Under the pieces are notes generated by a model. The model saw only the letters and a list, made by a program, of their open reading frames with translations. It made no database searches and was not told the DNA's origin. Made by a program: the position numbers and the translations under genes. Positions 15,843 through 25,210 of a DNA stretch of 64,000 bases are shown piece after piece (within the stretch, counting starts at the first letter, position 1; the number at the start of each line of letters is the position of its first letter). Source of the DNA: Vicinamibacterales bacterium (GTDB lineage: Bacteria; Acidobacteriota; Vicinamibacteria; Vicinamibacterales; UBA8438); the NCBI GenBank assembly GCA_963662835.3, contig OZ245367.1, positions 5,163 through 69,162 on the forward strand. Reading direction: 5' to 3'.

Positions 15843-18383
15843 GTGCCGGTCTCCGACCCCGACGTCTCCCGCCCCCGCTTGGTTCGCGATGCCACCTTCC
15901 TCGAGGCCGACCGCCGCGAGATCGCTCTGCGTCGGGGCCCCCACAACCGGTTGGGTTTCGCGTACCAGGTCGCCTTCGTGCGTGTGCTCGGCAGATTCCC
16001 CCAACAGACGCCCCTGGAGATCGACGGGGAGATCCTGAGGTTCGCGGCCCTGCAGCTGGGCGCCGACGCCGAGACGATCCACGCCTACGCCAGCCGGCAG
16101 CAGACGGTCTCGGAACATCAGTAGCGCATCGGCGAGTACCTGCGTCTGCGCGCTTTCGATGCCGCCGCCGGAGAACGGCTGGCGCGGTTCCTCGAGGACG
16201 AGGCGTTGCGGCTCGAGCGGACCGCTTCGCTGCTGGCTCGGGCGCGCGCCTGGCTCCGCGACGAGCACGTTCTCGCACCGTCCGATCCGGTGTTGCGCCG
16301 CGCGATAGGGGCGGCCCGACACAAGGCCCGGACGTTGCTGACGCAACGCATGGCCGAGCGCCTGTCGGCACCGATGCGCGAAGGTCTTGATGCGTTGGTC
16401 GCCGTCGACGACGACCAGCCGCACTCGCCCCTGAACCGGATCAAGGCGAGCTCGTCGAACCCGTCGGTCGGGGGCATGAAGCGGCTGCTGGCGCGGCTGG
16501 AACTGATCGAGGCGACCGGCGTGCTGGAAGTCGACGTGGGCTGGGTCAACGGCAACTATCAGCGGATCCTGTTCCACAGCGTGCGAACCGCGTCAGCCGA
16601 CCGGGTGCGCAGGATGGCGGCCCCACGCCGTCACCTCGCGCTGGTGTGCTTCCTGCACCAGACGTGGCGCGACACGCTCGACCAGGCTGTCGACATGTAC
16701 GGCAAGCTCCTCGACCGCAACCGCAAGCTGGTCGAGACCCGCCTCGACGACATGCTCAAGGCGCAACGCCAGGCCGTCGACCGGATCGTTCACCGCTACC
16801 GCCAGCTCGGCGCGGTGCTGCTCGATCCCGACGTCGGCGACGACGAGCTGCGGGTCCGGCTGCTGTCAACCGTGCCCGAGGCGCAGCTGCGCGAGGACCA
16901 GTCCGACCTGGCGAACTGGACGCGGGGCGACCGGAAGGCCCGCTTCGAGCAGACGGCCGAGCGGCACGCCGGGCTGAGCCAGTTCGCCGGGCCGTTTCTG
17001 AGCAGGATGAAGTTCGTCGACGAGCAGGGCGAGGGGGCGTCGCCGACGCTGTCGGCGCTGCGGGCCTACCGCGAACACCGCGCGGCGGGACGCCGCGGCG
17101 TTCCGCCCCATGCGCTGCTCGACTTCGCCCCGGCGGCGCTGCAGCCGCTCATCCGCCATGACGGCGTGACGGACCGCCGCCGCTGGGAGAGCGCGTTGTT
17201 CCTCAAGGTGCGCGACGAGATCCAGACCGGCAACCTCGCCATCGACGGCGCGAAGAACTTCGGCCGGTTCGAGGCGTTCTTCCTGCCCGCCGCGCGGTGG
17301 GAGCAGGTCCGCGAAGCGTTCTGGGCGCGAACCGGGTTCCCTGTCGAGCCCGCCGCGGCGGTCGAGCAGCTGAAGGCGCGTCTGTCGGATGCGTTCGACC
17401 GGTTCCTGGAGGGTGTCGCTGACAACCGGCAGGTCGCGTTCGACGACGACGGGTGGCGGCTGAAGACGGACGCGGCCGAGCAGCTCGACCCGGCGCAATC
17501 GGATCGCCTCGCCGAGCTCCACCGCTGGCTGGACGCCCGCAGCCGCTCGATCCGGCTCGCCGACCTGCTCATCGAGGTCGAGAACGACCTCGGGTTCAGC
17601 GTCCACTTCCAGCAGCCCGGCGAGAAGCGGGTCGACCCCGGGGATGTCTGCGCCCTGCTCGCCGCGATCCTCGCCCACGGCTGCAACCTCGGCCTCTACA
17701 CCATGGAGAAGGTCGCCCCCGACATCGCCTACAGGCGGCTCAAGTACGTCAGCGATTGGCGTCTCGTCGAGGAGAACCAGCGGGCCGCGCTCGCCGCCAT
17801 CGTCCACGGCATCTCCCGCCTCGACGCCGCCGGCCATTGGGGCGACGGCACGACGTCGGCCAGCGACGGGCAGCGCTTCGCCATGCCCCAAAAGGTGCTG
17901 CAGCGGACCTACAGCACCCGCTTCAACGACTTCGCGCTCGAGTTCTACTCCTTCGTCGCCGACAACTACGCGCCGTTCTACAGCCGTCCGGTCGAGTGCA
18001 CCGACCGCGACGCGCCCTTCGTGCTCGACGGCGTGCTCTACCACGAGAGCGACCTCGACCTCGAAGAGCACTACACCGACACCCACGGCTACACCGAGAT
18101 CAACTTCGCGGCCTTCGGGATGGTCGGCATGCGGTTCTGCCCGCGCATCCGCAGCCTGCACCGCCAGCGGATCTACTGCGCCGACCCGGCCCGCGACCAC
18201 GGCGTCCTCGAGCCGGTCCTCAAGCGCGGCCGGGCGGTGAACTTCCGCGTCATCGCCGAGCAGTGGGACCGCATCGGCCAGTTCTACGCGGCGTTCCCCG
18301 CGGGGCACGCCACGGCGTCGGCCGCCCTGCAGCGGCTCAACCGCTTCCAGGCCTCGAACCGCTTCTACGCCGCCAACCGAGTC
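15843..18383 (+). pseudogene. tnpA: Tn3-family transposase with in-frame TAG and 3' truncation
   Basis: A DUF4158-type N-terminus (15843-16121) is followed by an in-frame TAG at 16122-16124. The same frame then continues for 760 aa through the DDE region and ends at ..NRFYAANR, missing about 100 C-terminal residues. Confidence 0.85.
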
Positions 18384-18490
18384 GAGAGTGTGCCAGGGCA
18401 GCCTTTGGAATCACCTTTTCAAGGACAGACAGATCCTGGCGGAGTCCAACGCGGTGGCCACCGACGAGGAGGTAATGCCACCCTCTGAAA

Positions 18491-18772
18491 TCACCCATCA
18501 AACCTCCCAACCATCTTCACCGCCGATTTCCCCGCGCGCCACGCATCGAACAAGGCGCGGACTAGCTGCTGGTCGGTGGTGTTAGTCTGGGCGGTCCATA
18601 TCTTGGCGGTTTGCTCGCGGTTCTCATCCGCGCCGCACCGGGGGCAATAGAGCGTCCCGTTGCTCAACCCCTTCTCGAACGGGAGGGCGACTACAGCGCC
18701 GCAACCTGGGCAAGTAATCGCCACCCCGTTCAAGTCCTTCACGCCGAACGATACGAGCTTCTCAATGGTCAA
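18491..18772 (-). CDS. zinc-ribbon protein, hypothetical
   Basis: CPGCG...(17 aa)...CPRCG is a zinc-ribbon signature in a 93-aa ORF. It sits in lower-GC DNA just beyond the tnpA truncation. Confidence 0.5.
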   Translation of the reverse strand: MTIEKLVSFGVKDLNGVAITCPGCGAVVALPFEKGLSNGTLYCPRCGADENREQTAKIWTAQTNTTDQQLVRALFDAWRAGKSAVKMVGRFDG

Positions 18773-18786
18773 TCAGGTCTCCTTTC

Positions 18787-18993
18787 TCAACTCTCCCTGA
18801 ACGCGGTCGGCGCGCCATCGAACTCGAACGGCGCGGCGGTGTCCTTGATGCTGCGAACAAGCTCCTGCGGGTAGGCTGCAATCGGCTGAGCCTCCCGGTC
18901 GCTGCGGAGGATGAACACGCCGTCCTCTCGCTTGCACTCCGCTGCCCAAACGCGATACGCTGGCTGCTGACCTAAGCGCTGCCACGCGGTCAT
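18787..18993 (-). CDS. hypothetical small protein
   Basis: A 68-aa ORF 14 nt upstream of the zinc-ribbon gene on the same strand. I recognised no motif. Confidence 0.4.
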   Translation of the reverse strand: MTAWQRLGQQPAYRVWAAECKREDGVFILRSDREAQPIAAYPQELVRSIKDTAAPFEFDGAPTAFRES

Positions 18994-19192
18994 CGTTGGA
19001 GCCGTCTTCGTTCGGCGTTCGCGGCCCGGTTCGGTTGGGTCCGTCGTCGCCGTTGACCCCGCCGTTCATCGGGTTGGCCCTGCGCCATAGCAAGACCCCG
19101 CCACAGGGGGAAAGCGCATCAGGGGGATTCAGTCCTTCAAAGACTGACCGTGTGGCAGCCACAATGCCCGGTGAGCACTTCTCTCGCCGGAG

Positions 19193-19720
19193 GTGGAGGC
19201 TGCCATGCGATTCGTGCTCGCCGCCGCTCTCGTTGCCCTCGTCGCACCGCCTGCCCTGGGCCAGTTCAGCGACCCCGACCAGCTCGGCCGCGTCCGGTCC
19301 ATCGGGGTTGCGGAGGCGGTCGAGACCGATGCTGATGGCCACCACTGCGAGCCCCACGCTGGCGCACTGCAAACGGAGGCTGAGCTTGTGCTCCGAAGCG
19401 CGGGAATCCCGGTCGAGCCCCACGACAGCCGCAACTTCGCACAACACAAGTTCCTCCTCTCGGTGTTGATGGTTGGCGCCCCTGGCCCCGGCTGTGCCGT
19501 CTCGTATCGCTTCGACCTGTGGCGGTGGGAGGCTGTGGTCGATGCTGCCGCTCTCATTCACGACGCTGCCCCGAGGCCAACTACAGGTTTGGTAACCGCG
19601 TTCGTCTCTTCCGGTGTGTGGTTTGGTGGCGTGCACCGCATCAAAGACCGTCTCCGGGAGGATGCGAACGCCGCGGCTACCCTGCTGGCGAACGAAATCC
19701 TGAAGGCGCGGGGAGAGTAG
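19193..19720 (+). CDS. secreted hypothetical protein
   Basis: Signal-peptide-like MRFVLAAALVALVAPPALGQ. I recognised no motif. Confidence 0.5.
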   Translation: MEAAMRFVLAAALVALVAPPALGQFSDPDQLGRVRSIGVAEAVETDADGHHCEPHAGALQTEAELVLRSAGIPVEPHDSRNFAQHKFLLSVLMVGAPGPGCAVSYRFDLWRWEAVVDAAALIHDAAPRPTTGLVTAFVSSGVWFGGVHRIKDRLREDANAAATLLANEILKARGE

Positions 19721-19729
19721 GAGGCTGCC

Positions 19730-19918
19730 ATGACAGCCCCGACCATCATCGGGTTGTTCCTCCTCGCGGTGGGGGTCTACCTCGGGGTCTTCCTCATCAG
19801 CCTGGTTGGCTACTACATCAAGGACCCGGCGTGCTTCCGGGAGTCGTGGGACCGCTACGATGCCATTTGGTGGGGCATCTGCTTCGGCCCTTGGGTTTAC
19901 TTCCTGATAACGGAGTAG
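19730..19918 (+). CDS. small membrane protein
   Basis: Two hydrophobic helices (IIGLFLLAVGVYLGVFLISLVGYY and WWGICFGPWVYFLI). It starts 9 nt after the previous stop. Confidence 0.45.
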   Translation: MTAPTIIGLFLLAVGVYLGVFLISLVGYYIKDPACFRESWDRYDAIWWGICFGPWVYFLITE

Positions 19919-19921
19919 ATT

Positions 19922-20036
19922 GAACGCGGGGCCGGTGGGCGAGGCAGCGCCACACCATGCCCCCAGGGGTTGGGTCCCGTGCAATGGGGGCATGGGGGAT
20001 ACAAGTGGGTTCGAGTCCCACCCCGGCCCCGCGTTC
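19922..20036 (+). other. tRNA-like long hairpin (possible att remnant or structured RNA)
   Basis: The outer stem pairs GAACGCGGGGCCGGTGGG with CCCACCCCGGCCCCGCGTTC. An inner 10-bp stem pairs CCATGCCCCC with GGGGGCATGG. A perfect T-arm consensus, GTGGGTTCGAGTCCCAC, is present. No standard cloverleaf can be drawn. Confidence 0.3.
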
Positions 20037-20570
20037 AATGTCGTCATCGCTGCGCCCTCGGCTTGTAGTGCTTCGGTCGATTCGGCTTGGGCGCGCGTTT
20101 GTTCACCAAGTCAACAATGGCCTCTCCTACGGCCGCGGCGACGATGTTCTCAAGGAGTTCGTTCTCGCCCACATGTGGCTGAACATTGCCGAAAGCGGCG
20201 CGGCCTGGCGCGGTGCGGTCTCGGGGCGCGCGGCGTGCTGGCGGGCGATGCCGGCCCGCCGTGCGTACGGCCCCCTCGTGCTACCCTCCGGCTGGATGGA
20301 CGCGAGGTGGCCTTCTCCTTCTGCTCTACGGGCTGGGCCTCCTTTCGGCTCTCCGGCGGGCGTTCCCGCTCATCTTGCCGATGGGCCTGACCTTCTTGTT
20401 CGGTCAGGTCGCCGTACAGGAACGCTTTCAGGCGCCTTTCGTCATCGGGCCGATCGGCCTCTCTCTGTTGGCCCTGATTCACCAGCATGTCCTGGCCCGC
20501 TGGGCGAGGCGCAAGTGGAGGGTTTGGCAAGCGCGCCGCCGTTGGATGCGAGACAGGTGGAGGGTCCGGG

Positions 20571-20858
20571 ATGGTGAAGGCCCGAACGATAGCTGTGATG
20601 GTCGGGATGCTAGCCGATGCGCTAGCGCCCGCAATCGCCAAGCTGAAGGCGAAGAAGCCCGACGGCAAGGTCGAGCCGGATGTGGTTAAAGCGGTCGAGG
20701 AAGCGATCAGGAATGCAGGCAGCGTCACGCCGGAGATGCTTGATGCCGCAATCGCCGGGTTGGAAAAACGGCTCGTCAGGTGGGTGATAGGCGCCGCCCT
20801 AGCCGCCGCGGTGGGAGCGGCCAGCTTCGGTGCTCTTCTGGTCTGGCTGACCGGGTAA
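20571..20858 (+). CDS. small protein with C-terminal TM anchor (DUF1640-tail-like)
   Basis: The tail LEKRLVRWVIGAALAAAVGAASFGALLVWLTG resembles the tail of the 2551 gene (LETRLIRWMVGTVLATATLTLGILRLIG). Confidence 0.4.
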   Translation: MVKARTIAVMVGMLADALAPAIAKLKAKKPDGKVEPDVVKAVEEAIRNAGSVTPEMLDAAIAGLEKRLVRWVIGAALAAAVGAASFGALLVWLTG

Positions 20859-21030
20859 GCGGCTACCACCACAGCTACGACCACGACCAGTTCCGGTCTG
20901 GTGCCACTCGGCCAAGGCAGCCCGGTACCTGGGCTAGGAAAACGCGGCCTCGAGCACGCAGCACGCGCAGCGGATCGCTGGACACCGCGTCGCCGAAGAC
21001 GACGAAGCTCTACACTGCGACCAGACGGCG

Positions 21031-21240
21031 CGAGATGGCGACGTGAATGTTGCCGAGCGCCAGGACCCTGGAGACGTCGCCCTTTGACGTAGCGTAACGT
21101 TTGGCTGTCTCGCCGTCGGGGTTGGTCTTGCCGCGGCGGACGGCGATGAGCAGGCCGTCTTCGTCGCGCGCGTTGGTGACGTCCCGCCACTCGATCGCGC
21201 CCGACACACGCCGCCTGCCGGCACCCGACGCCGACGAGTA
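21031..21240 (-). pseudogene. tyrosine recombinase fragment (type A, KTNPDGE box), copy 2
   Basis: GAIEWRDVTNARDEDGLLIAVRRGKTNPDGETAKRYATSKGDVSRVLALGNIHVAIS. This is a repeat of 581-744. Confidence 0.6.
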
Positions 21241-21253
21241 GTAGACTCCCGCC

Positions 21254-21463
21254 ATGCTTCGTCGCTGGATGCCGAGTGAGGATGTCGCCGTTCGCCTGGC
21301 CGACGCGCTCGACGCCGAGGATGGCGGTCGCCGACTGCTCGATATCGCCCGACGCATCGGCCGCACCGAGGCCGCGGTCCGTCGGCGCGCTTGGCGCCTG
21401 CGGGCGGCCCGGCTTGAGGCGGCGGACCTGCAAGTCGAACCCGACGGCGCCGAGGTCCAATAA
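21254..21463 (+). CDS. hypothetical small HTH-like protein
   Basis: W.PSEDVAV..LADA...IARRIGRTEAAVRRRAWRL resembles a Myb/SANT-like HTH. Its stop lies within the GTCCAATAAC motif shared with the 90-nt module. Confidence 0.35.
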   Translation: MLRRWMPSEDVAVRLADALDAEDGGRRLLDIARRIGRTEAAVRRRAWRLRAARLEAADLQVEPDGAEVQ

Positions 21464-21831
21464 CCACATCTTCCGTTAACCCCGCCGCGCACGCCGCCTG
21501 AGCGCGGCAAGTCCCCGGATTCCGGCCCTGATCCGCACTCGCTCGCTGATCCTCGCCAGGCCCGCGCTGTCGTCAGCGGCGCTGTGGAAGGGTGCCGTCA
21601 CGCGGCCGCACCGCAGCAGCCTGTTACACTGGTTGGTTGGTCAGGCCCCGATCCGCCCTGTCCATACCCAGAGGAGAAACCGACATGCCGAACGCGCACG
21701 GGAGGACCGTGCAGGGGCCATGGTCCCGGGGTTATCGTCAGGGCCAGGTCGGCAGGCGTCGACGAACCTGCGGACTAGGTCCTCGTTCGACCGCGCCTGC
21801 TCCCCGCCGGAAAGCGGCTTGCGCCGTGATG

Positions 21832-21851
21832 TCCCAAACGGTCGTTTGCGA
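21832..21851. promoter_or_regulatory. hix-like imperfect palindrome just upstream of recombinase start
   Basis: TCCCAAACG-GT-CGTTTGCGA ends 3 nt before the ATG at 21855. Its AAACx-NN-xGTTT architecture resembles hix/gix crossover sites. The left half recurs at 49933-49944, fused to codon ~13 of another recombinase remnant. Confidence 0.35.
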
Positions 21852-21854
21852 CAC

Positions 21855-22384
21855 ATGCTGATCGGCTACGCCCGCGTCTCGAAGACCGACGGCTCCCAGT
21901 CGCTGGACCTGCAGCGCGACGCCCTGCGGGCGGCCGGCGTCGACGACGCGGTCAACCTCTACCACGACCTCGCCTCCGGCGTCCGCGACGACCGGCCGGG
22001 CCTCGACAACTGCCTGCGACCCCTGCGGAAGAGCGACGTGCTCGTCGTCTGGAAGCTCGACCGGCTCGGCCGGAACCTCGCGCACCTGGTCAACACCGTG
22101 CAGGATCTGTCGACCCGCGGCGTGGGCCTGCGAGTGCTCGCCGGCCAGGGGGCGCAGATCGACACCACGACCGCGGGCGGCCGCCTCGTGTTCGGCATCT
22201 TCGCGGCGCTGGCCGAGTTCGAGCGGGAGCTGATCCGCGAACGCACCGTGGCCGGGCTCAAGGCCGCACGGGCCCGCGGGCGCAGGGGTGCCGGGAGCTC
22301 GGCATCAGGCCGGTGACGCTCTACCGGTACGTCGGCCCGCAGGGCGAGCTGCGCGAGCAGGGCCAGAAGGTCCTTGCGTCCTGA
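21855..22384 (+). pseudogene. Hin/Pin-type serine recombinase with deletion/frameshift before the HTH
   Basis: MLIGYARVSKTDGSQSLDLQRDALRAAGVDD..VLVVWKLDRLGRNLAHLVNTVQDL..GGRLVFGIFAALAEFERELIRERTVAGL is intact up to ARGRRG. The HTH tail (ELGIRPVTLYRYVGPQGEL) continues in another frame as far as 22384. Confidence 0.8.
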
Positions 22385-22576
22385 AGCCGGAGCACCGTGG
22401 CGCGCGAGCTAAACGTAGGATTTCGCCCCCTCCCGCAAACAACCCGCAGCTCTCCGCGTGCACAATCCACGCTGAGTGGCGTCTGGTTCGTACCGCCGCT
22501 TCATCGTCGGGTTCACCGTCTCGCCCGGACTAGAGCAGCTTCGGTGCAGTGGAGCCATGGACTGGTGCGCGTCCCG

Positions 22577-23278
22577 TCAGCCGTCCTTCGATCTCGATTT
22601 GGCTGAACCGCGCTGGGTAGGCTTCCGAGCACGCCGTTTGCGGTACTGGTTGATCTCGTGCGGAAGGGTGTACAGGTATTGAAACAGGAAGTCCAGGAAC
22701 TCGACCACATCGCGTACGTCGCTTCGGTCCGGCTGATCGCCGTCGGCGCTTGGATGAGCGGACTCGTTGCCCAGCTCCCGCAGCTCGTGTGCCCATTCCT
22801 TCATGTGCGGCGGCAGGATGCCCCGGCCAGCCAGATCATCGATTTCGGCACGGAGATTGGGGCCGCGGGCGTGCTGTTCTCTCATCGCTGCCTGAACAGC
22901 GCTGCGAGCCATGACGGCCGCCGCATCCCAGTTCTCGTCCGTGTAGCTTCGATGAGCTTGGAGCCAGAATCGGCCTACAGACTCAGGCCAGTGCTCTGGG
23001 ATGCGCTCTCTCCGAAGGGGCCACGGCAAGGTACGGAAGCCGTGCAGTTCGCCACCGAAGTGGCTTGTGGACCAGAGCACCATCACGTATCCGGCGCAGT
23101 TCCCACACTTTAGAGTGTCGAAGTGCAAAACCTTCGATGCGTTTGGCTTCTTCTTGTCGGCGCGGTAGGCGAAGGAGAAATTTCCACGCTCGTAGCAAAA
23201 GGGGCAGACAACCGCGTGAACGGCAAGGTCGCTGCCAGCGTGCCCTCTCCAATCGCCCAGCTCCCACCAGCTATTCAC
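22577..23278 (-). CDS. zinc-ribbon + DUF4145 domain protein
   Basis: CPFC...CGNC at the N-terminus. The C-terminal WDAAAVMARSAVQAAMRE...IDDLAGRGILPPHMKEWAHELRELGNESAH matches DUF4145, a domain often linked to restriction or defence proteins. Confidence 0.7.
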   Translation of the reverse strand: MNSWWELGDWRGHAGSDLAVHAVVCPFCYERGNFSFAYRADKKKPNASKVLHFDTLKCGNCAGYVMVLWSTSHFGGELHGFRTLPWPLRRERIPEHWPESVGRFWLQAHRSYTDENWDAAAVMARSAVQAAMREQHARGPNLRAEIDDLAGRGILPPHMKEWAHELRELGNESAHPSADGDQPDRSDVRDVVEFLDFLFQYLYTLPHEINQYRKRRARKPTQRGSAKSRSKDG

Positions 23279-23636
23279 AGTGCCTCCCTGAGGAACGGGC
23301 GATGGCGGTCCGGTGAGCGACAGTCCGCTCCGGGGGGCTCAACCGTCGCGGCGTGGATGCGTCCAGAGAACCTTACCGACAAAGCGTCTCCGTACGGGAA
23401 GCGGTTCTGGATCGACCCGTGAGGAGGCTGCACCGTGGTGATTCCCGGCTCGCCGATGGCCGCTGGTCACGATAGCACAAGGTGGTGCTTCGGTCAGCGA
23501 TCGGCGGTCGGGGTGCCCGAGTCCGAGGACCGGTGGCCTTCCTGCAAGGAAGATTTGGGAGGGGAGCGACCCGGCGTAGGCGCGGTGCGGCCTGCGCGCC
23601 TGAACCGACGCAGGGCGATGGCGGCCTCTGTGCCGG

Positions 23637-23684
23637 GTGTTGCGCAGCGCGAGAAACTGATCAGTTTCTCGCGCTGGTTGACAC
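23637..23684. repeat. 48-bp near-perfect palindrome (28-bp perfect core)
   Basis: GTGTTGCGCAGCGCGAGAAACTGA|TCAGTTTCTCGCGCTGGTTGACAC. The core GCGCGAGAAACTGATCAGTTTCTCGCGC is a perfect palindrome. The arms are the same as those at 7435-7455 and 7534-7606. Confidence 0.8.
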
Positions 23685-23708
23685 GGGCGGTTTTCGAGTC
23701 ATCGGCAG

Positions 23709-23975
23709 GTGGTAGACTGGAAATGGTGGTGCAACTGTCGACGGCGGGTGACGTGGCACGACTGTGACTACGAGTTGCGAATGTCTTCAGGGTCCGGTTG
23801 GCACGAAGTCGAAATCGTGAATGACGGGCGGGATCAAATCAGCGTCCACGCTCGGGGTGACTCGCCCAACAAGGAGCCCGTCGTGCTGGATCCTGGCGCT
23901 TCACGCGTCATCCAGGTACGCGGGAACCTCCGGCTGGAGATCGCGGCTGGGCGATCGCGAACCCTGACTTCCTGA
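23709..23975 (+). CDS. hypothetical small protein
   Basis: ORF track only. A more likely start is the internal MSSGSGWHEVEIV. It lies downstream of the palindrome. Confidence 0.3.
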   Translation: MVDWKWWCNCRRRVTWHDCDYELRMSSGSGWHEVEIVNDGRDQISVHARGDSPNKEPVVLDPGASRVIQVRGNLRLEIAAGRSRTLTS

Positions 23976-23995
23976 GCACGGTCGACACAGGCTCC

Positions 23996-25048
23996 CTAGG
24001 CCGTGGACACCGGGGCGCCAGCGCCTTCGCTGCCGACGTAGCCAGCCCAGTCGTCCATCAAGCGCCACCGCCGCTCGAACAGGTCGGAGCGGGCGTAGGC
24101 GGCCTCGACCTTGTTCTGCACGACGTGGGCCAGCGCCGCCTCGACGACCTCGCGCGGGTGGTTCGTCTCCTCGGCGGCCCGCGGAACGTGGACCGGAAGC
24201 CGTGAGGCACGGCGGGAACCTCCAGCGTCCTGAGCAGTCCCGACAGCGCCATGTCGTTGAACCGCTTGCCGCGCGGGCTCGGGAACACGAGGGCGTTCCC
24301 GTTGCTGAGCGTCCGCGCCGCGTCGAAGGACCTGTTCGGCGCGGCGGGTCAGCGGCACCCGGTGCTCGCGCTTCGCCTTGGTCCGCGTGGCCGGGACGGT
24401 CCAGACGTGCTCCTCGGTGTCGATCTCCGTCCACTCGGCCCCGCGCACATCACCGGACCTCGCGGCAGTCAACACCAGAAACTCGAACGCCAGCTTGACG
24501 ACGGGAGCCGCCCGCGACGCTCGCACCGTCTCGACGACCGCCGCCACGTCGCGATGCGGCAGCGCCGGCATGTGCCGCACGAGATCCTGCTGCGGTCCGA
24601 GGATCGGTCCGATGCGGCTGCACGGGTTGTCGTCGCGGTAGTTCAGCGCCACGGCGTACTCCATGACCGTGTTGATGCGCTGGCGTACCCGCCGCGCCGT
24701 CGCCGGCCGCTCGTGCCAGACCTTCCGGAGCGTCTCGACCACGTCGGCGCTCGTCACCTCGGAGACGGGCAGCTTGCCGAGCCGGGGGAAGGCGAACCGT
24801 TCCATGCTCGACAGCCAGTCCTTGCCGTGCTTGGGGTTGCGCCAACCGGGGCGCATCTGCGCCAGGACCGCCTCGGCCGCGGCGGCGAAGGTGGGCATGC
24901 CCTTGAGGCGGCGCCTCTCGGCCAGTGGTTCGCCGCCCGCGCGGGCCAGCCTGCGGTTGGCGAGGGCCTGGGCGCGGGCGTCCTTGAGCGGGACGAGCGG
25001 GAAGCCGCCGAGCCCGAGTTCGCGGCGTCGACCGCGCTCTCCTTGCAT
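23996..25048 (-). pseudogene. P4-type tyrosine integrase with two compensating frameshifts and N-terminal truncation
   Basis: The flanks are good integrase sequence (LGLGGFPLVPLKDARAQA...; TNHPREVVEAALAHVVQNKVEAAYARSDLFERR). The ~55 aa that should carry FPSPRGKRF..HGFRSTFR are only readable in another frame (ORF 24058-24288). Confidence 0.75.
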
Positions 25049-25210
25049 GGTGGACAGGACGTTTGCTCAGGTGTGTCCGTCCTGAACTCCCGCCGGCAGC
25101 CAGATCCTCCCGGTCAAACCCGTGCGGGGCCGACGGGTGACGGCGGGCCGGACGTTGACAACTCTCGGCGAGTCGCTCTAAGCTGATGACCGGTCGGGAT
25201 AGAAGACCAG

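Larger units (their letters stand above)
15078..18383 (+). mobile_element. Tn3-family transposon remnant (IR-tnpR-res-tnpA), right end missing
   Basis: A 38-bp IR is followed by divergent tnpR and tnpA. tnpA loses homology at ~18383, where GC also drops. No second IR was found. Confidence 0.8.

Noticed and set aside
16122-16124. An in-frame TAG in tnpA, and a second in-frame TAG at 44398-44400 in a small ORF (44278-44493). Together these raised the possibility of amber readthrough or recoding.
   Set aside because: Many well-supported genes here terminate with TAG (for example the NYN gene and integrase copy 3), and the region is full of other inactivating lesions. Ordinary nonsense mutations in pseudogenes are the simpler explanation.
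14818-16371. A 517-aa minus-strand ORF.
   Set aside because: Only residues from VKTVAYLRV onward are resolvase. The N-terminal 216 aa are the antisense of tnpA. The C-terminal extension arises from a 1-nt deletion and runs into the methylase remnant.
22678-22687. GTATTGAAAC, a typical 3' end of class 1 CRISPR repeats.
   Set aside because: It is a single occurrence inside the DUF4145 coding sequence, with no repeated unit nearby.
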